Assembly: GCA_005223125.1 (NCBI GenBank)
Contig: NJBH01000001.1
Coordinates: forward strand, 180,495-244,494
Source: Promethearchaeota archaeon Loki_b32
Lineage (GTDB): Archaea; Asgardarchaeota; Lokiarchaeia; Sigyniarchaeales; SOKP01
Reading direction: 5' to 3'
DNA: 64,000 nt
Position 1 is the first letter of the stretch. Each line of letters starts with the position of its first letter. Under the pieces are notes generated by a model that worked only from the letters and a program-made list of their open reading frames with translations, was not told the origin of the DNA and ran no database searches. Below, in pieces: positions 38,058 to 48,059 of this stretch. Position numbers and translations under genes: made by a program.

Positions 38058-39515
38058 ATGAGTGATTTGATATGTGTGTTTGATGTTGGGACAACCGGAG
38101 CAAGAACAATTATTTTTGATATTAATGGTAAAGAAATTGCCCGTGCTTATGAGGAATATCCTGTTGTGAAGGGTCCCGTTGGTATTTCAGAACAAGATCC
38201 AATAATCTGGTGGAATGCTGTTAAAAATACTTGTAATAAGGTATCAAGAACTTTTAAAACTGAAGATATTATTGGGATATCAGCTTCATTTCTTCGTGGT
38301 ACAATAACGATTATTGATAAAAAAGGGGAGGTACTACATCCAGCTTTAACTTGGATGGATGAAAGACAAGAGACTACAGCATTAGAGTGGAAGAGAGAGG
38401 TAGATCTTAGAAGATCAATTCCTAAAATACTATGGCTTAAGAATAATAAACCAGATTTATTTAGTAAGGCAGATAAAATTATCCATCCGGATACTTATAT
38501 ATATATGAAATTATGTGAAGAATGTGTTACGGACCCCACGAATGGAATTATGGGAATTTTAAATAAAAAAACACTTAATTGGGACAATGAGTTAGCAGAA
38601 ACATTTGATTTGCCAATAGAATTATGGCCTGAATTACATACTCCAGGTGAAATTATTGGAGAATTATCTAGTTCGGCTGCAGATGCTTTAGGTTTAAAAA
38701 AAAATATTCCAGTAATACTAGGCGGGGGAGATCAACAATGTTCGGCATTAGGCTTAGGTGTGATCAATAAAGGTCAAGCTAAAATCACTGTTGGAACTGG
38801 AACTTTCTTAGATTATGTAGTAGATGAACCTGTTGAACCTGCTGGAGATTTTCCTATTTTTTCATATCCTTCTGTGGTCAAGGGAAAATGGAATATTGAA
38901 GGTATCACTCCGGGAACAGGCACGGCATTAAAATGGTTTACCGAAAATTTTTCACAATTACAAATTAAAGAGAGCCAAGAGAAAAATATCAATGTTTATG
39001 ACATGTTAACAAAAGAAGCAGCAACAATACCTCCCGGAAGTGAAGGATTGTTATTTCTACCATTATATATCTTCCGAAAAGGGACCATTCATGGTTTAGG
39101 TTGGAATCATACGAGGGGACATATGATACGAGCAATAATGGAATCTGCTGCGCTATCTGCCCAAATGTATCTTGGTTTTTTGGAAGGAATGGGCGGGGCT
39201 AAAACTACTGAACTGAGGGTTGATGGCGGAGCGATGAATAGTGAGTTATGGGCTCAAATTTTTGCAGATGTTACATCAAAACGAATATTAATTCCAGAGA
39301 TTAAAGATGGTGCTGCTATGGGTGCTGCAATTTTAGGATTCATAGGGTGTAAAAGATATAATACATTTGAAGAAGCTATTGCAAAAATGGTTAGATTCCC
39401 TACAATTAAAAGCCCAATTAAAGAAAATTCTAGGATCTACAAAAAACTAAATAGAATTTTCATGCCAGCATTATTAGATACATATAGCAAGAAGAGAGTA
39501 ACAAAAGATCTCTAA
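38058..39515 (+). CDS. FGGY-family carbohydrate kinase
   Basis: DVGTTG, EQDP, WMDER, GGDQQ, VGTG, DGGA..SELWAQIFAD. Confidence 0.9.
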   Translation: MSDLICVFDVGTTGARTIIFDINGKEIARAYEEYPVVKGPVGISEQDPIIWWNAVKNTCNKVSRTFKTEDIIGISASFLRGTITIIDKKGEVLHPALTWMDERQETTALEWKREVDLRRSIPKILWLKNNKPDLFSKADKIIHPDTYIYMKLCEECVTDPTNGIMGILNKKTLNWDNELAETFDLPIELWPELHTPGEIIGELSSSAADALGLKKNIPVILGGGDQQCSALGLGVINKGQAKITVGTGTFLDYVVDEPVEPAGDFPIFSYPSVVKGKWNIEGITPGTGTALKWFTENFSQLQIKESQEKNINVYDMLTKEAATIPPGSEGLLFLPLYIFRKGTIHGLGWNHTRGHMIRAIMESAALSAQMYLGFLEGMGGAKTTELRVDGGAMNSELWAQIFADVTSKRILIPEIKDGAAMGAAILGFIGCKRYNTFEEAIAKMVRFPTIKSPIKENSRIYKKLNRIFMPALLDTYSKKRVTKDL

Positions 39516-39696
39516 CTTTTCTTAGTTTTTTTTTTTAAATCTTAATCATGAAAATTATCTAATAGTACTAATAATTTTTAAATTGTGTAAAATTTTCATT
39601 GTAGACTCCATATCTCCAATTATTTTTAAATTTAGAAAAGTATTTTTGGAATACTTAATTTCAAAATTTATAGAATATCATAAGGAACTATCTCAC

Positions 39697-40524
39697 ATGC
39701 CTTATTTTAAGAACCAAGAGGGTTACAATCTATATTATGAGAATATTAACCAAGATTCAAAAGCCTGTACTATTATTTTACTTCATGGATTTGCGTCCTC
39801 TGCTTCTTTTTTTAAGGCTCAAATAAAAATATTAAAAAATAATTATCGAATTATTGCTTTTGATGCATTAGGGCATGGGAGAAGTGATCACCCTAAAGAA
39901 ATAAACCTTTCAAAAAATCTTAGATATGATATTATTAGAGATTTAGAGAATCTTCTAGAACATTTGGAAGTAACCGAAAAGTATGGGATTATAGGGCATT
40001 CTCTAGTTGGCGGAATGATTGGACAATTATTTGCTGTAAAGCATCCTCAGAATATCAAATTTCTTATTCTGTTAAATTCAGGATACATCATGATTGATAA
40101 TGTTATAAGGAATATCTTTTATAATCTGCTCCCATATTTTATCCGAATGAATTTCCTGGATGTAGTAGCGAATTCTGTTGAGAAAATATTAGATAAGACA
40201 ATTCCATATATAATTACCGCGTTATCAGATACATTAGCAGGTTTAAACTTAACTAAAGATCAATTGCATATGCAAATTGAGGATCAAATTTTCCGTATGA
40301 TACATGAAATAAAAGAATATGACCCATCAGGTATTAATTGCCCAACTTTAATAATAGGTGGAAGACTTGATAATTTTGCTCCAGAACAGATGTCAGAAAA
40401 ATTACATGATATGATTCCAAATTCCACATTAGAAATTATTGATATGGCAGGTCATTTTGCTCCAGCTCAGAGAAAAGAGGTAGTAAATGAATTAATTTGT
40501 AACTTTATTAGAAAACTTTGGTGA
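39697..40524 (+). CDS. Alpha/beta hydrolase
   Basis: LLHGF, DALGHGRS, GHSLVGG, PTLIIGG.LD, AGH; ATG 39697 preferred. Confidence 0.88.
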   Translation: MPYFKNQEGYNLYYENINQDSKACTIILLHGFASSASFFKAQIKILKNNYRIIAFDALGHGRSDHPKEINLSKNLRYDIIRDLENLLEHLEVTEKYGIIGHSLVGGMIGQLFAVKHPQNIKFLILLNSGYIMIDNVIRNIFYNLLPYFIRMNFLDVVANSVEKILDKTIPYIITALSDTLAGLNLTKDQLHMQIEDQIFRMIHEIKEYDPSGINCPTLIIGGRLDNFAPEQMSEKLHDMIPNSTLEIIDMAGHFAPAQRKEVVNELICNFIRKLW

Positions 40525-40566
40525 AATTTACATATATTTCTCTTAATCATGTTATATTGATTTAAT

Positions 40567-40941
40567 ATGACCGAAAATAATAAGAATAATGATCTTGAAA
40601 CCGTTATTTCTTTTTTTAAAAAGGAAGTAAAAAAGTTTGTAGAAGCCCGTAATTGGACTGGTTATCATACCCCTAAGAATTTAATTCATGCAATAAATTG
40701 TGAAGCGGGAGAATTATCTCAACTATTTCTTTTTAAAGATTATAAGGTAGAGGAGATTTTGAATAACAAGAAGCTTCTTACTAACATTTCAGATGAAATT
40801 GCTGATGTTTTTATTTACCTCATAAGTTTGATTAATGCTTTAGATTTGGATTTAAGCCAAATATTTATAAAAAAAATGGAAAAAAATAAAAAAAAATATT
40901 CAAGTAAAGAATTTAATAACGGAATATATTATAAAAAATAA
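40567..40941 (+). CDS. MazG-like nucleotide pyrophosphohydrolase (DCTPP1-like)
   Basis: RNW..YHTPKNL, EAGEL, DEIADV, KMEKNKKKY. Confidence 0.9.
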   Translation: MTENNKNNDLETVISFFKKEVKKFVEARNWTGYHTPKNLIHAINCEAGELSQLFLFKDYKVEEILNNKKLLTNISDEIADVFIYLISLINALDLDLSQIFIKKMEKNKKKYSSKEFNNGIYYKK

Positions 40942-40958
40942 AAATTTAAAAAACTATA

Positions 40959-41428
40959 ATGTCAGATATAAATAAAGCTATTTTAGCTCCATGTGGGTTA
41001 TATTGTGGTGTATGTGCAATACATATCGCTGATAGAGACAATAATCTAAAGTTTAAAGAAAAACTTGTAGATGTCTATAAACCGTTTTCTAAAACTGTTG
41101 ATGACATCAAATGTAAAGGATGTCTCTCAGAAAATCAAGAGGATATTTTTGGATATTGTAAGATATGTCCAATAAGGGACTGTGTTAAAAGTAAAGGATT
41201 TGAGAGTTGTCATCAATGTGATGATTTTCCGTGTAAATTAATAGATCGTTTTCCTATCCCTGGGGGTAAAAAAGTTATTCTTAGAGCAATACCTCGATGG
41301 AAAGAATTGGGACCGAAAAGTGGGTTGAAGAAGAGGAAAAAAGATACCATTGTCCTGAATGTGGTAACCCCTTGTTCCGAGGGGCAAAGAGATGCAATAA
41401 ATGTGGAATCTCGGTTAATGTAGACTAA
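40959..41428 (+). CDS. DUF3795-like Cys-rich protein with a 1-nt frameshift near 41311
   Basis: APCGLYCGVC, CKGC, C.IRDC, CHQCDDFPC; the -1 frame continues TEKWVEEEEKRYHCPECGNPLFRGAKRCNKCG to a stop at 41428. Confidence 0.8.
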
Positions 41429-41490
41429 AGTAATTATTATTTCTTTATTAATAAGAAGAGTTTTTATGGATTTTTCTGGTATTATTTAAC

Positions 41491-42468
41491 ATGGTTGCTA
41501 AGAATATTGATGACATAATTAAGGAACAATTAAACTACACCTTAAAAGAAACAGACTTTTCTAAATTGGGAGAATTATATCGAGGAAAAGTTAGAGATAA
41601 CTATATAAAAAAAGATAAAAGAATAATTATTGCAACAGACCGTCTGAGTGCTTTTGATAGGGTAATAACTACGATTCCATTTAAAGGACAAATGTTAAAT
41701 CATGTTTCCTCCTTCTGGTTTGAAAAAACTAAAGATATTGTTAAAAATCATATTATAGATATTCCTGATCCGAATGTATCTGTAGTTCATCAATGTAAGA
41801 CCGTCCCAGTTGAAGTGATTATAAGAGGTTATCTAACTGGAAATATGTGGCGCGATTATAATAAAGGAAAACCTACTTCAGGTATAATACCTCCAAAGGG
41901 AATGAAAAAGAATCAGAAATTTGATGAAATAATCATAACACCCTCTACAAAAGCAGAATCAGGACATGATATATACCTCTCTAAAGAAGAGATTCTTAAA
42001 AAAGGAATGGTTGAGAAGGATGTTTATGAAAAGATGGAAGAAGCTGCACTTAAATTATTTAAATTCGGACAAGAGTTTTGTAAAAAGAACGGTCTTATCT
42101 TAGTTGATACCAAATATGAATTTGGATTAAAAGAAGGTGAATTGATGGTTATTGACGAGATTCACACTCAAGATTCATCTCGATTCTGGATTCTCGATTC
42201 CTATCAAGAAAAATTTGAACAAGGAGTCAATCCTGAAATCTTAGATAAAGAAATCTTTAGAGGATGGCTTATGGAAACTTACCCAGAAATTTTTCCTGAT
42301 ATTAAGCCAGACGAAGATATTCCTCCAATCTCTGAAAATATAAAAGTAGAATTAGCAAAGAGATACATGCAGAGTTATGAAAAGATTACTGGGTTAGAAT
42401 TTAATGGGGAAATTTCGGATGTAAAAAAGAGGATTTATGAAAATTTAAGGAAAGCCAACTATTTATAA
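41491..42468 (+). CDS. purC: SAICAR synthetase
   Basis: GKVRD, TDRLSAFD, KGQ, TPSTKA, LVDTKYEFG, DEIHT.DSSRFW. Confidence 0.96.
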   Translation: MVAKNIDDIIKEQLNYTLKETDFSKLGELYRGKVRDNYIKKDKRIIIATDRLSAFDRVITTIPFKGQMLNHVSSFWFEKTKDIVKNHIIDIPDPNVSVVHQCKTVPVEVIIRGYLTGNMWRDYNKGKPTSGIIPPKGMKKNQKFDEIIITPSTKAESGHDIYLSKEEILKKGMVEKDVYEKMEEAALKLFKFGQEFCKKNGLILVDTKYEFGLKEGELMVIDEIHTQDSSRFWILDSYQEKFEQGVNPEILDKEIFRGWLMETYPEIFPDIKPDEDIPPISENIKVELAKRYMQSYEKITGLEFNGEISDVKKRIYENLRKANYL

Positions 42469-42513
42469 CATTTAAGAAAAATTTAAATAATTACCACAGT
42501 ATTTTTTCGTAAT

Positions 42514-42717
42514 ATGTTTGATTTAATTCTTTTATTTATTGATGCTGGATTATTTGTCCTTTCTTTCATATTTGTTATAATTGATTTTAAAAGCTATGTT
42601 GGAGAAAAAAATGAAACGTTAAAGGGGACTTTTATACCCAAACAAAGTCGTTATGCTTTATTATTTGGGCTTCTAGCAATTATAATTGCGGTACTTAATA
42701 GTTTATTCTACGTATAG
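42514..42717 (+). CDS. Small two-TM membrane protein
   Basis: 67 aa, ATG start, two hydrophobic helices. Confidence 0.55.
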   Translation: MFDLILLFIDAGLFVLSFIFVIIDFKSYVGEKNETLKGTFIPKQSRYALLFGLLAIIIAVLNSLFYV

Positions 42718-42944
42718 TTCATTAGCCCATCAGAAAGAATTAGTAATCTTAAGTATTTACTACTTTTTTAAGATATAAATTGATCATTTAATTTCTCATT
42801 TTTCTCGTAGAATTCTAGGATTTAGCTTGGTGTAATTACATAAATTAAATTGAGGAAAAACTAGCTCTTGTCGTTTTTGTCGATGCACATTATTTTTAAG
42901 TTAATAAGAATTAATAAAAATATACACAACTTCTTTTTTCGTAA

Positions 42945-43217
42945 ATGGCTCTTCAAGAATTTATTGTTGAAGTTATTATAACTAATAAAGAAAAGGCGCG
43001 CGACCCAGTAGGTGAAACCATAAAACGAGACCTACTTGCAAAAAAAGGTTATGATATGGTCTCAAATGTTAGAAGTGGCCAATATTTAAGGTTTAATCTT
43101 AATACTGAAAGTGAAGAGCGCGCTAAAAACATTGTTGAAGACTTGTTAAACAAGTTGAGAATTTATAACCCGGTAACTCAAAATTTCAGGATTTTAAAAC
43201 TACAAAAAGAGTCTTAA
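42945..43217 (+). CDS. purS: FGAM synthase subunit PurS
   Basis: DPVGETI...VRSG...NPV; directly upstream of purQ. Confidence 0.92.
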   Translation: MALQEFIVEVIITNKEKARDPVGETIKRDLLAKKGYDMVSNVRSGQYLRFNLNTESEERAKNIVEDLLNKLRIYNPVTQNFRILKLQKES

Positions 43218-43223
43218 GAAATT

Positions 43224-43934
43224 ATGAGTATAAAAATAGCTGTAATCCAATTTCCGGGAGCTAATTGTGATTTGGACACTATTCATGTATTAAAAGATGT
43301 TATGCATATTGATGTTGATTTAATCTGGCATAACTATTTTAAGGAGTCTAAGTATGACGGTGTTATTTTACCCGGTGGTTTTTCATTTGGTGATTATTTA
43401 AGAAGTGGAATTATTGCGGCTCATAGTCCTGCAATTGATGAGGCAAAAATAATGGTAAAAGACGGGAGACCTGTAATAGGTATTTGTAATGGATGTCAAA
43501 TTTTAGCCGAAGCTCAATTCCTCCCAGGAGCATTTTTACATAATGAATCTCTCAAATTTATATGTAAATGGATAAATCTAAAAGTAGAAAATAATAATAC
43601 TGCATTTTCAAATAAAATGAATACAGGTGATGTTCTTGCTTTACCTATAGCTCATGCAGAAGGACGGTATTTTAATGATAATGTGGAAGAATTAGAAGAA
43701 AATAACCAAATTGTCTTTAGATATTCTACTGAAAAAGGTGAACTTACAAAAGATTCAAATCCCAATGGTTCATTAGCAAATATTGCAGGAATTTGTAATT
43801 TAGAACAAAATTGCATTGGATTAATGCCTCACCCTGAACGTGCCTCAGAAGCAATCATAACTCCAAAAAGAACAACTCATGGATTATTATTTTTTGAATC
43901 AATAATTGAATTTATTAAACGGAGGATATCCTAA
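43224..43934 (+). CDS. purQ: FGAM synthase glutaminase subunit PurQ
   Basis: FPGANC, PGGFSFGDYLR, GICNG, AHAEG, MPHPER. Confidence 0.97.
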   Translation: MSIKIAVIQFPGANCDLDTIHVLKDVMHIDVDLIWHNYFKESKYDGVILPGGFSFGDYLRSGIIAAHSPAIDEAKIMVKDGRPVIGICNGCQILAEAQFLPGAFLHNESLKFICKWINLKVENNNTAFSNKMNTGDVLALPIAHAEGRYFNDNVEELEENNQIVFRYSTEKGELTKDSNPNGSLANIAGICNLEQNCIGLMPHPERASEAIITPKRTTHGLLFFESIIEFIKRRIS

Positions 43935-46180
43935 TGACTAAGATAAAGTTAAATGGAGAAGAAGCACATGTAGAGATGACAAAGGGAGAATTTGAAAGAG
44001 TAAAGGAATTATTAGGTAGGGACCCAAGTATTACTGAACTAGGTGCATTTGATGTCATGTGGTCTGAGCATTGTTCTTATAAATCATCACGTCCAAAATT
44101 AAAATTATTCGAGGATGCTGAAGCAAATTATGACTATGTATTGGCTGGCCCTGGACAAGATGCCGGAGTTATCGATATCGGAGATGGATATGCTTTAGCA
44201 TTCCGAATAGAATCTCATAATCATCCATCAGCAATAGAACCTTATCACGGAGCTGCGACAGGGATTGGAGGTATAATAAGAGATATTCTTTGTATGGGTG
44301 TGCGACCAATCGCATTATTAGATCCTTTGAGATTTGGTAAACTAAAAAACAATCCACATTCGCAATGGTTATTTAAATATGTGGTGAAAGGTATTGCTGA
44401 TTACGGTAATTGCACAGGAATCCCTACAATAGGTGGTGAAGTTGAATTTGATGAGAGTTTTGATAGTAATTGCTTAATAAACGTTGCTTGTATAGGTTTG
44501 GGAACAATTGAGGATTTTAAGCATGCTCCTAGTAGGGCTTATAACGCAGGTGATTATGTAATTCTAATGGGAGGATCTACAGGCAGAGATGGAATCCACG
44601 GAGTAACCTTCGCGTCTCGTACTTTAACAGAGATTTCTGAAGCTGATAGACCTGCAGTACAAATTGGTGACCCTTTTACTAAAAAATTGATTATTGAAGC
44701 CACTTTAGAAGCCGTAAAGACGGGCTTTGTAAGAGGATTAAAAGATCTTGGTGGAGGAGGATTAACCTGTGCAACCAGTGAATTAACTGGTGACGGAAAT
44801 ACTGGAGCTAAGGTTGATCTGAGAAAAGTTTTTACTAGAGAACCTGGAATGACCTCCTATGAAATTATGCTCTCTGAATCCCAAGAGCGAATGACATTCA
44901 TTGTTAAACCTGAGGGATTAGATACTGTTCTTGACATATTTAGAAAATTTGAAATGAGTTTCGCTGTAATTGGCAGAACCAATGATTCAAAAGTCTTAAA
45001 AGTTTTCGATGGAGATAATCTTGTTGTAAATCTCCCTTCAAAAGCACTTTCTGAATCACCTACCTTTAAGAGACAAGAAAGACGACCACTCTACTTAGAT
45101 AAACTAATATCTCAAAAAACTCCTGATTTAACGTTAGATTTGGAAGAAATTATATATAAATTGATAGCATCAGAAAATATTTGTAATAAAGAGTGGATTT
45201 ACCGACAATATGATCATGAAGTTGGTGTTAGATCTGTAGTAAAATGTGGGGAAGGAGATTCAGGAGTTCTTAGAATTATTGGTACAGATAAATTTATCTC
45301 TGCTAGTGTCGGTGTCAATTCAAAACATTGCTTTTTAGATCCAAATGAAGGAACTAGGGGAGGATTAGTTGAAGAATGTGGAAATGTTATTGCAAATGGA
45401 GCAAAACCAATGGCGATGGTGAACTGTTGTAATTTTGGAAATCCTGAAATACCCGAATCTTTTTGGTATTTTTCGAAAGCTGTTGAAGGTATGAATGATT
45501 TCTGTAGAACTATGAGAATTCCCATAGTGGGAGGAAATGTGTCCTTCTATAATGAAGATGAAGTTAAAAAAACTGCGATTAAAGCTACACCCATGATAAT
45601 GATCGTTGGCCTTATTGAAGGTGAAAAGAATATAATAACTCTTCCATTTAAAAAGGCAGGAGATGACCTCTTTTTAATAGGGGAAACTAAAGCAGAATTA
45701 GGTGGTTCAGAATATCATTCAGTTATTTACGATCTTGAGGGTGGTATCCCTCCAAAAGTCGATGAGGCAAAAATTAAAGCTACTTGGGATATTATGTTCG
45801 AACTTTATAGAAATGGCATGGTTAAAGCCAACCATGATGTGAACAAGGGTGGATTCATAATTACAATAGCAGAAATGTGTTTTAAGAATTATTTGGGAGC
45901 TGAATTAGATTTAAATAATTGTTTTGATGAAAATATACGAGATGATGAGTTTCTTTTTAGTGAATCCTACGGAAGATTTATTATTGAGACAGATACAAAT
46001 GATCATGATACTATCCTAAAATTGGCTAAAAAATACGATGTTAATGTTAAAAAAATAGGAGTTTTAATTTCTAATCCTGAAATAATAGTTAAAGGATTAA
46101 GAAATAATGATATTAAACTGGATGTTCAAAAGTTAAAGGAAAATTTTGATTCTACAATTCCAAATTTAATGGAAATTTAA
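43934..46180 (+). CDS. purL: FGAM synthase subunit PurL
   Basis: WSEHCSYKSS, ESHNHPS, DLGGGG, SESQER, GGNVSFYN. Confidence 0.97.
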   Translation: MTKIKLNGEEAHVEMTKGEFERVKELLGRDPSITELGAFDVMWSEHCSYKSSRPKLKLFEDAEANYDYVLAGPGQDAGVIDIGDGYALAFRIESHNHPSAIEPYHGAATGIGGIIRDILCMGVRPIALLDPLRFGKLKNNPHSQWLFKYVVKGIADYGNCTGIPTIGGEVEFDESFDSNCLINVACIGLGTIEDFKHAPSRAYNAGDYVILMGGSTGRDGIHGVTFASRTLTEISEADRPAVQIGDPFTKKLIIEATLEAVKTGFVRGLKDLGGGGLTCATSELTGDGNTGAKVDLRKVFTREPGMTSYEIMLSESQERMTFIVKPEGLDTVLDIFRKFEMSFAVIGRTNDSKVLKVFDGDNLVVNLPSKALSESPTFKRQERRPLYLDKLISQKTPDLTLDLEEIIYKLIASENICNKEWIYRQYDHEVGVRSVVKCGEGDSGVLRIIGTDKFISASVGVNSKHCFLDPNEGTRGGLVEECGNVIANGAKPMAMVNCCNFGNPEIPESFWYFSKAVEGMNDFCRTMRIPIVGGNVSFYNEDEVKKTAIKATPMIMIVGLIEGEKNIITLPFKKAGDDLFLIGETKAELGGSEYHSVIYDLEGGIPPKVDEAKIKATWDIMFELYRNGMVKANHDVNKGGFIITIAEMCFKNYLGAELDLNNCFDENIRDDEFLFSESYGRFIIETDTNDHDTILKLAKKYDVNVKKIGVLISNPEIIVKGLRNNDIKLDVQKLKENFDSTIPNLMEI

Positions 46181-46182
46181 AA

Positions 46183-47613
46183 ATGTCGTTTAACCATAAC
46201 AAAATTGAAGAACATTGCGGCATAATCGGAATTTCTTGTAATGATTTTTCATATTCTGTAGCTAATTCTATATATACTGGACTCATGGCGATTCAACATC
46301 GCGGTCAATTATTTTCAGGCATTTCTACAACTAACTCTGATGGAAAGATAACAACCTATAAAGATTTTGGATTGGTATCAAATGTTTTTAAGGTTAAAAA
46401 GATAAAATTTTTTTCTGGGAATGTTGGAATTGGCCATGTTGCTTATGGTTCACTTGAAAATAGTAATATTGACAATGCACAACCATATTATCATAAATCT
46501 GACCTAGTAGAGTTCTCTCTAGCATTAAATGGAACAATCACTAACTTTAATGAGATCAAAGAACGTCTTATAAATATGGGAAAGGTATTTATTAGCAATA
46601 GCGATGTAGAACTAATTGTTACAATGATTGAAACTTTTTTCAGATCTTCTGAATCAATGTTAGAGGCATTGAAATTATTAATGAATATTGTTAAAGGTGC
46701 TTTTTGTTTAGTTCTTTTAACCAATGAAGGAGAACTATATGTAATGAGAGATCCTATTGGATATAAACCATTATGTTATGGAATACGTGAGGAAGAAAAT
46801 CGAAAATTTTTTATCGTATCCTCAGAATCGTGCGCAATAGATGCTATGGAGGGTATATTAAAGGGAGATATAAAACCTGGAGAAATCGTTAATTTTCATC
46901 CCTTAAAGGGTTTAAAAAAATACCAAATATTATCAAGAAAAAGACATGGAATCTGTCAGTACGAATTTGTGTATTTTGCTAGACCTGATTCAATCATAAA
47001 TGGTATATCAGTTGCAGATGTAAGATACAGGCTGGGAATAAATTTAGCTCAATCTGATTTAAAATTTAATCCTGACAACACTATTGTAGTTCCTGTACCA
47101 GATTCAGGAAGGAGTGCTGCGATGGGTTATGCTTGGGGATCTAAAATCCCTTATCAAGAAGGTTTAATGAAAAATCGATATTTATGGCAGATTAAAAGCG
47201 ACCCAAATGAAAAATTAAACCCTGTAAAACCTATTGTTGAAGGTAAAGAGGTGATTTTAGTTGATGATTCTATGATTTCTGGAGTGACTATGAAAAAAAT
47301 CATTTTAATGCTAAGAAAAGCAGGAGCTGTTGCAATACATGTTAGAATAGCTTGCCCTCCAATAGTAAATAGCTGTCAAATTAATAGTAGTTTTTCAAAT
47401 AAGGAATTACTAATTGCTTATCAGAAGAGAAAGTTGAATCGAAAAGATTTAGTTGATGAGATATGTAATGATATTCAAGCTAATTCTTTAAAATTTCAAA
47501 CTAATGAAAATCTCATAAAATCTATAGGATTAAAAAAAAATTTTGTCTGTTATGCCTGTGTGGAGGATAAGATTTTAAAAAAAGAAAAAAAAGTAATCGA
47601 ATTGATACAATAA
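46183..47613 (+). CDS. purF: Amidophosphoribosyltransferase homolog with degenerate motifs
   Basis: EEHCG, QHRGQ, YFARPDS, VPDSG and VDDS present; GHVAY, shortened flexible loop and no YGID. Confidence 0.8.
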   Translation: MSFNHNKIEEHCGIIGISCNDFSYSVANSIYTGLMAIQHRGQLFSGISTTNSDGKITTYKDFGLVSNVFKVKKIKFFSGNVGIGHVAYGSLENSNIDNAQPYYHKSDLVEFSLALNGTITNFNEIKERLINMGKVFISNSDVELIVTMIETFFRSSESMLEALKLLMNIVKGAFCLVLLTNEGELYVMRDPIGYKPLCYGIREEENRKFFIVSSESCAIDAMEGILKGDIKPGEIVNFHPLKGLKKYQILSRKRHGICQYEFVYFARPDSIINGISVADVRYRLGINLAQSDLKFNPDNTIVVPVPDSGRSAAMGYAWGSKIPYQEGLMKNRYLWQIKSDPNEKLNPVKPIVEGKEVILVDDSMISGVTMKKIILMLRKAGAVAIHVRIACPPIVNSCQINSSFSNKELLIAYQKRKLNRKDLVDEICNDIQANSLKFQTNENLIKSIGLKKNFVCYACVEDKILKKEKKVIELIQ

Positions 47614-47773
47614 ATTTTCCTTAGTGCCAATTCAAAATTTTTATTCGTAATTATGTAACATTTTTAATTTAAAAACAAAAATTTGAAATATTTATCTGCT
47701 TTTTATTGTTATTGGAGAATTACGTAAATATATATTATTTAAAATATATCGAAAGAAAAACTTGACTATAATT

Positions 47774-47980
47774 ATGAGTGTTCGTTGTCGTGCATGTATT
47801 AAATGCCGCGAGTATATTGTGATTCATCCAAGTAATCCTATTAATCAGGTTGAAATAAAAAGATTTGAAAAAGTTCATTCAGGTCATACAATAATGACTA
47901 CTGATATTAATGAAGTTAAAGGTGCTTATTCTTCATTTAAAAATCATACAAATGAAAAAGATACTCAAGAAACAGAATAA
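47774..47980 (+). CDS. Small putative zinc-binding protein
   Basis: CRACIKC...HSGH; ATG 47774 preferred. Confidence 0.65.
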   Translation: MSVRCRACIKCREYIVIHPSNPINQVEIKRFEKVHSGHTIMTTDINEVKGAYSSFKNHTNEKDTQETE

Positions 47981-48059
47981 TTTCGATTCTTATTTAAAAA
48001 AATACTAAATATTTCAAATTCTAAAATAAAGAAAAAAAAGATTTTAGTAATAAATTAGA

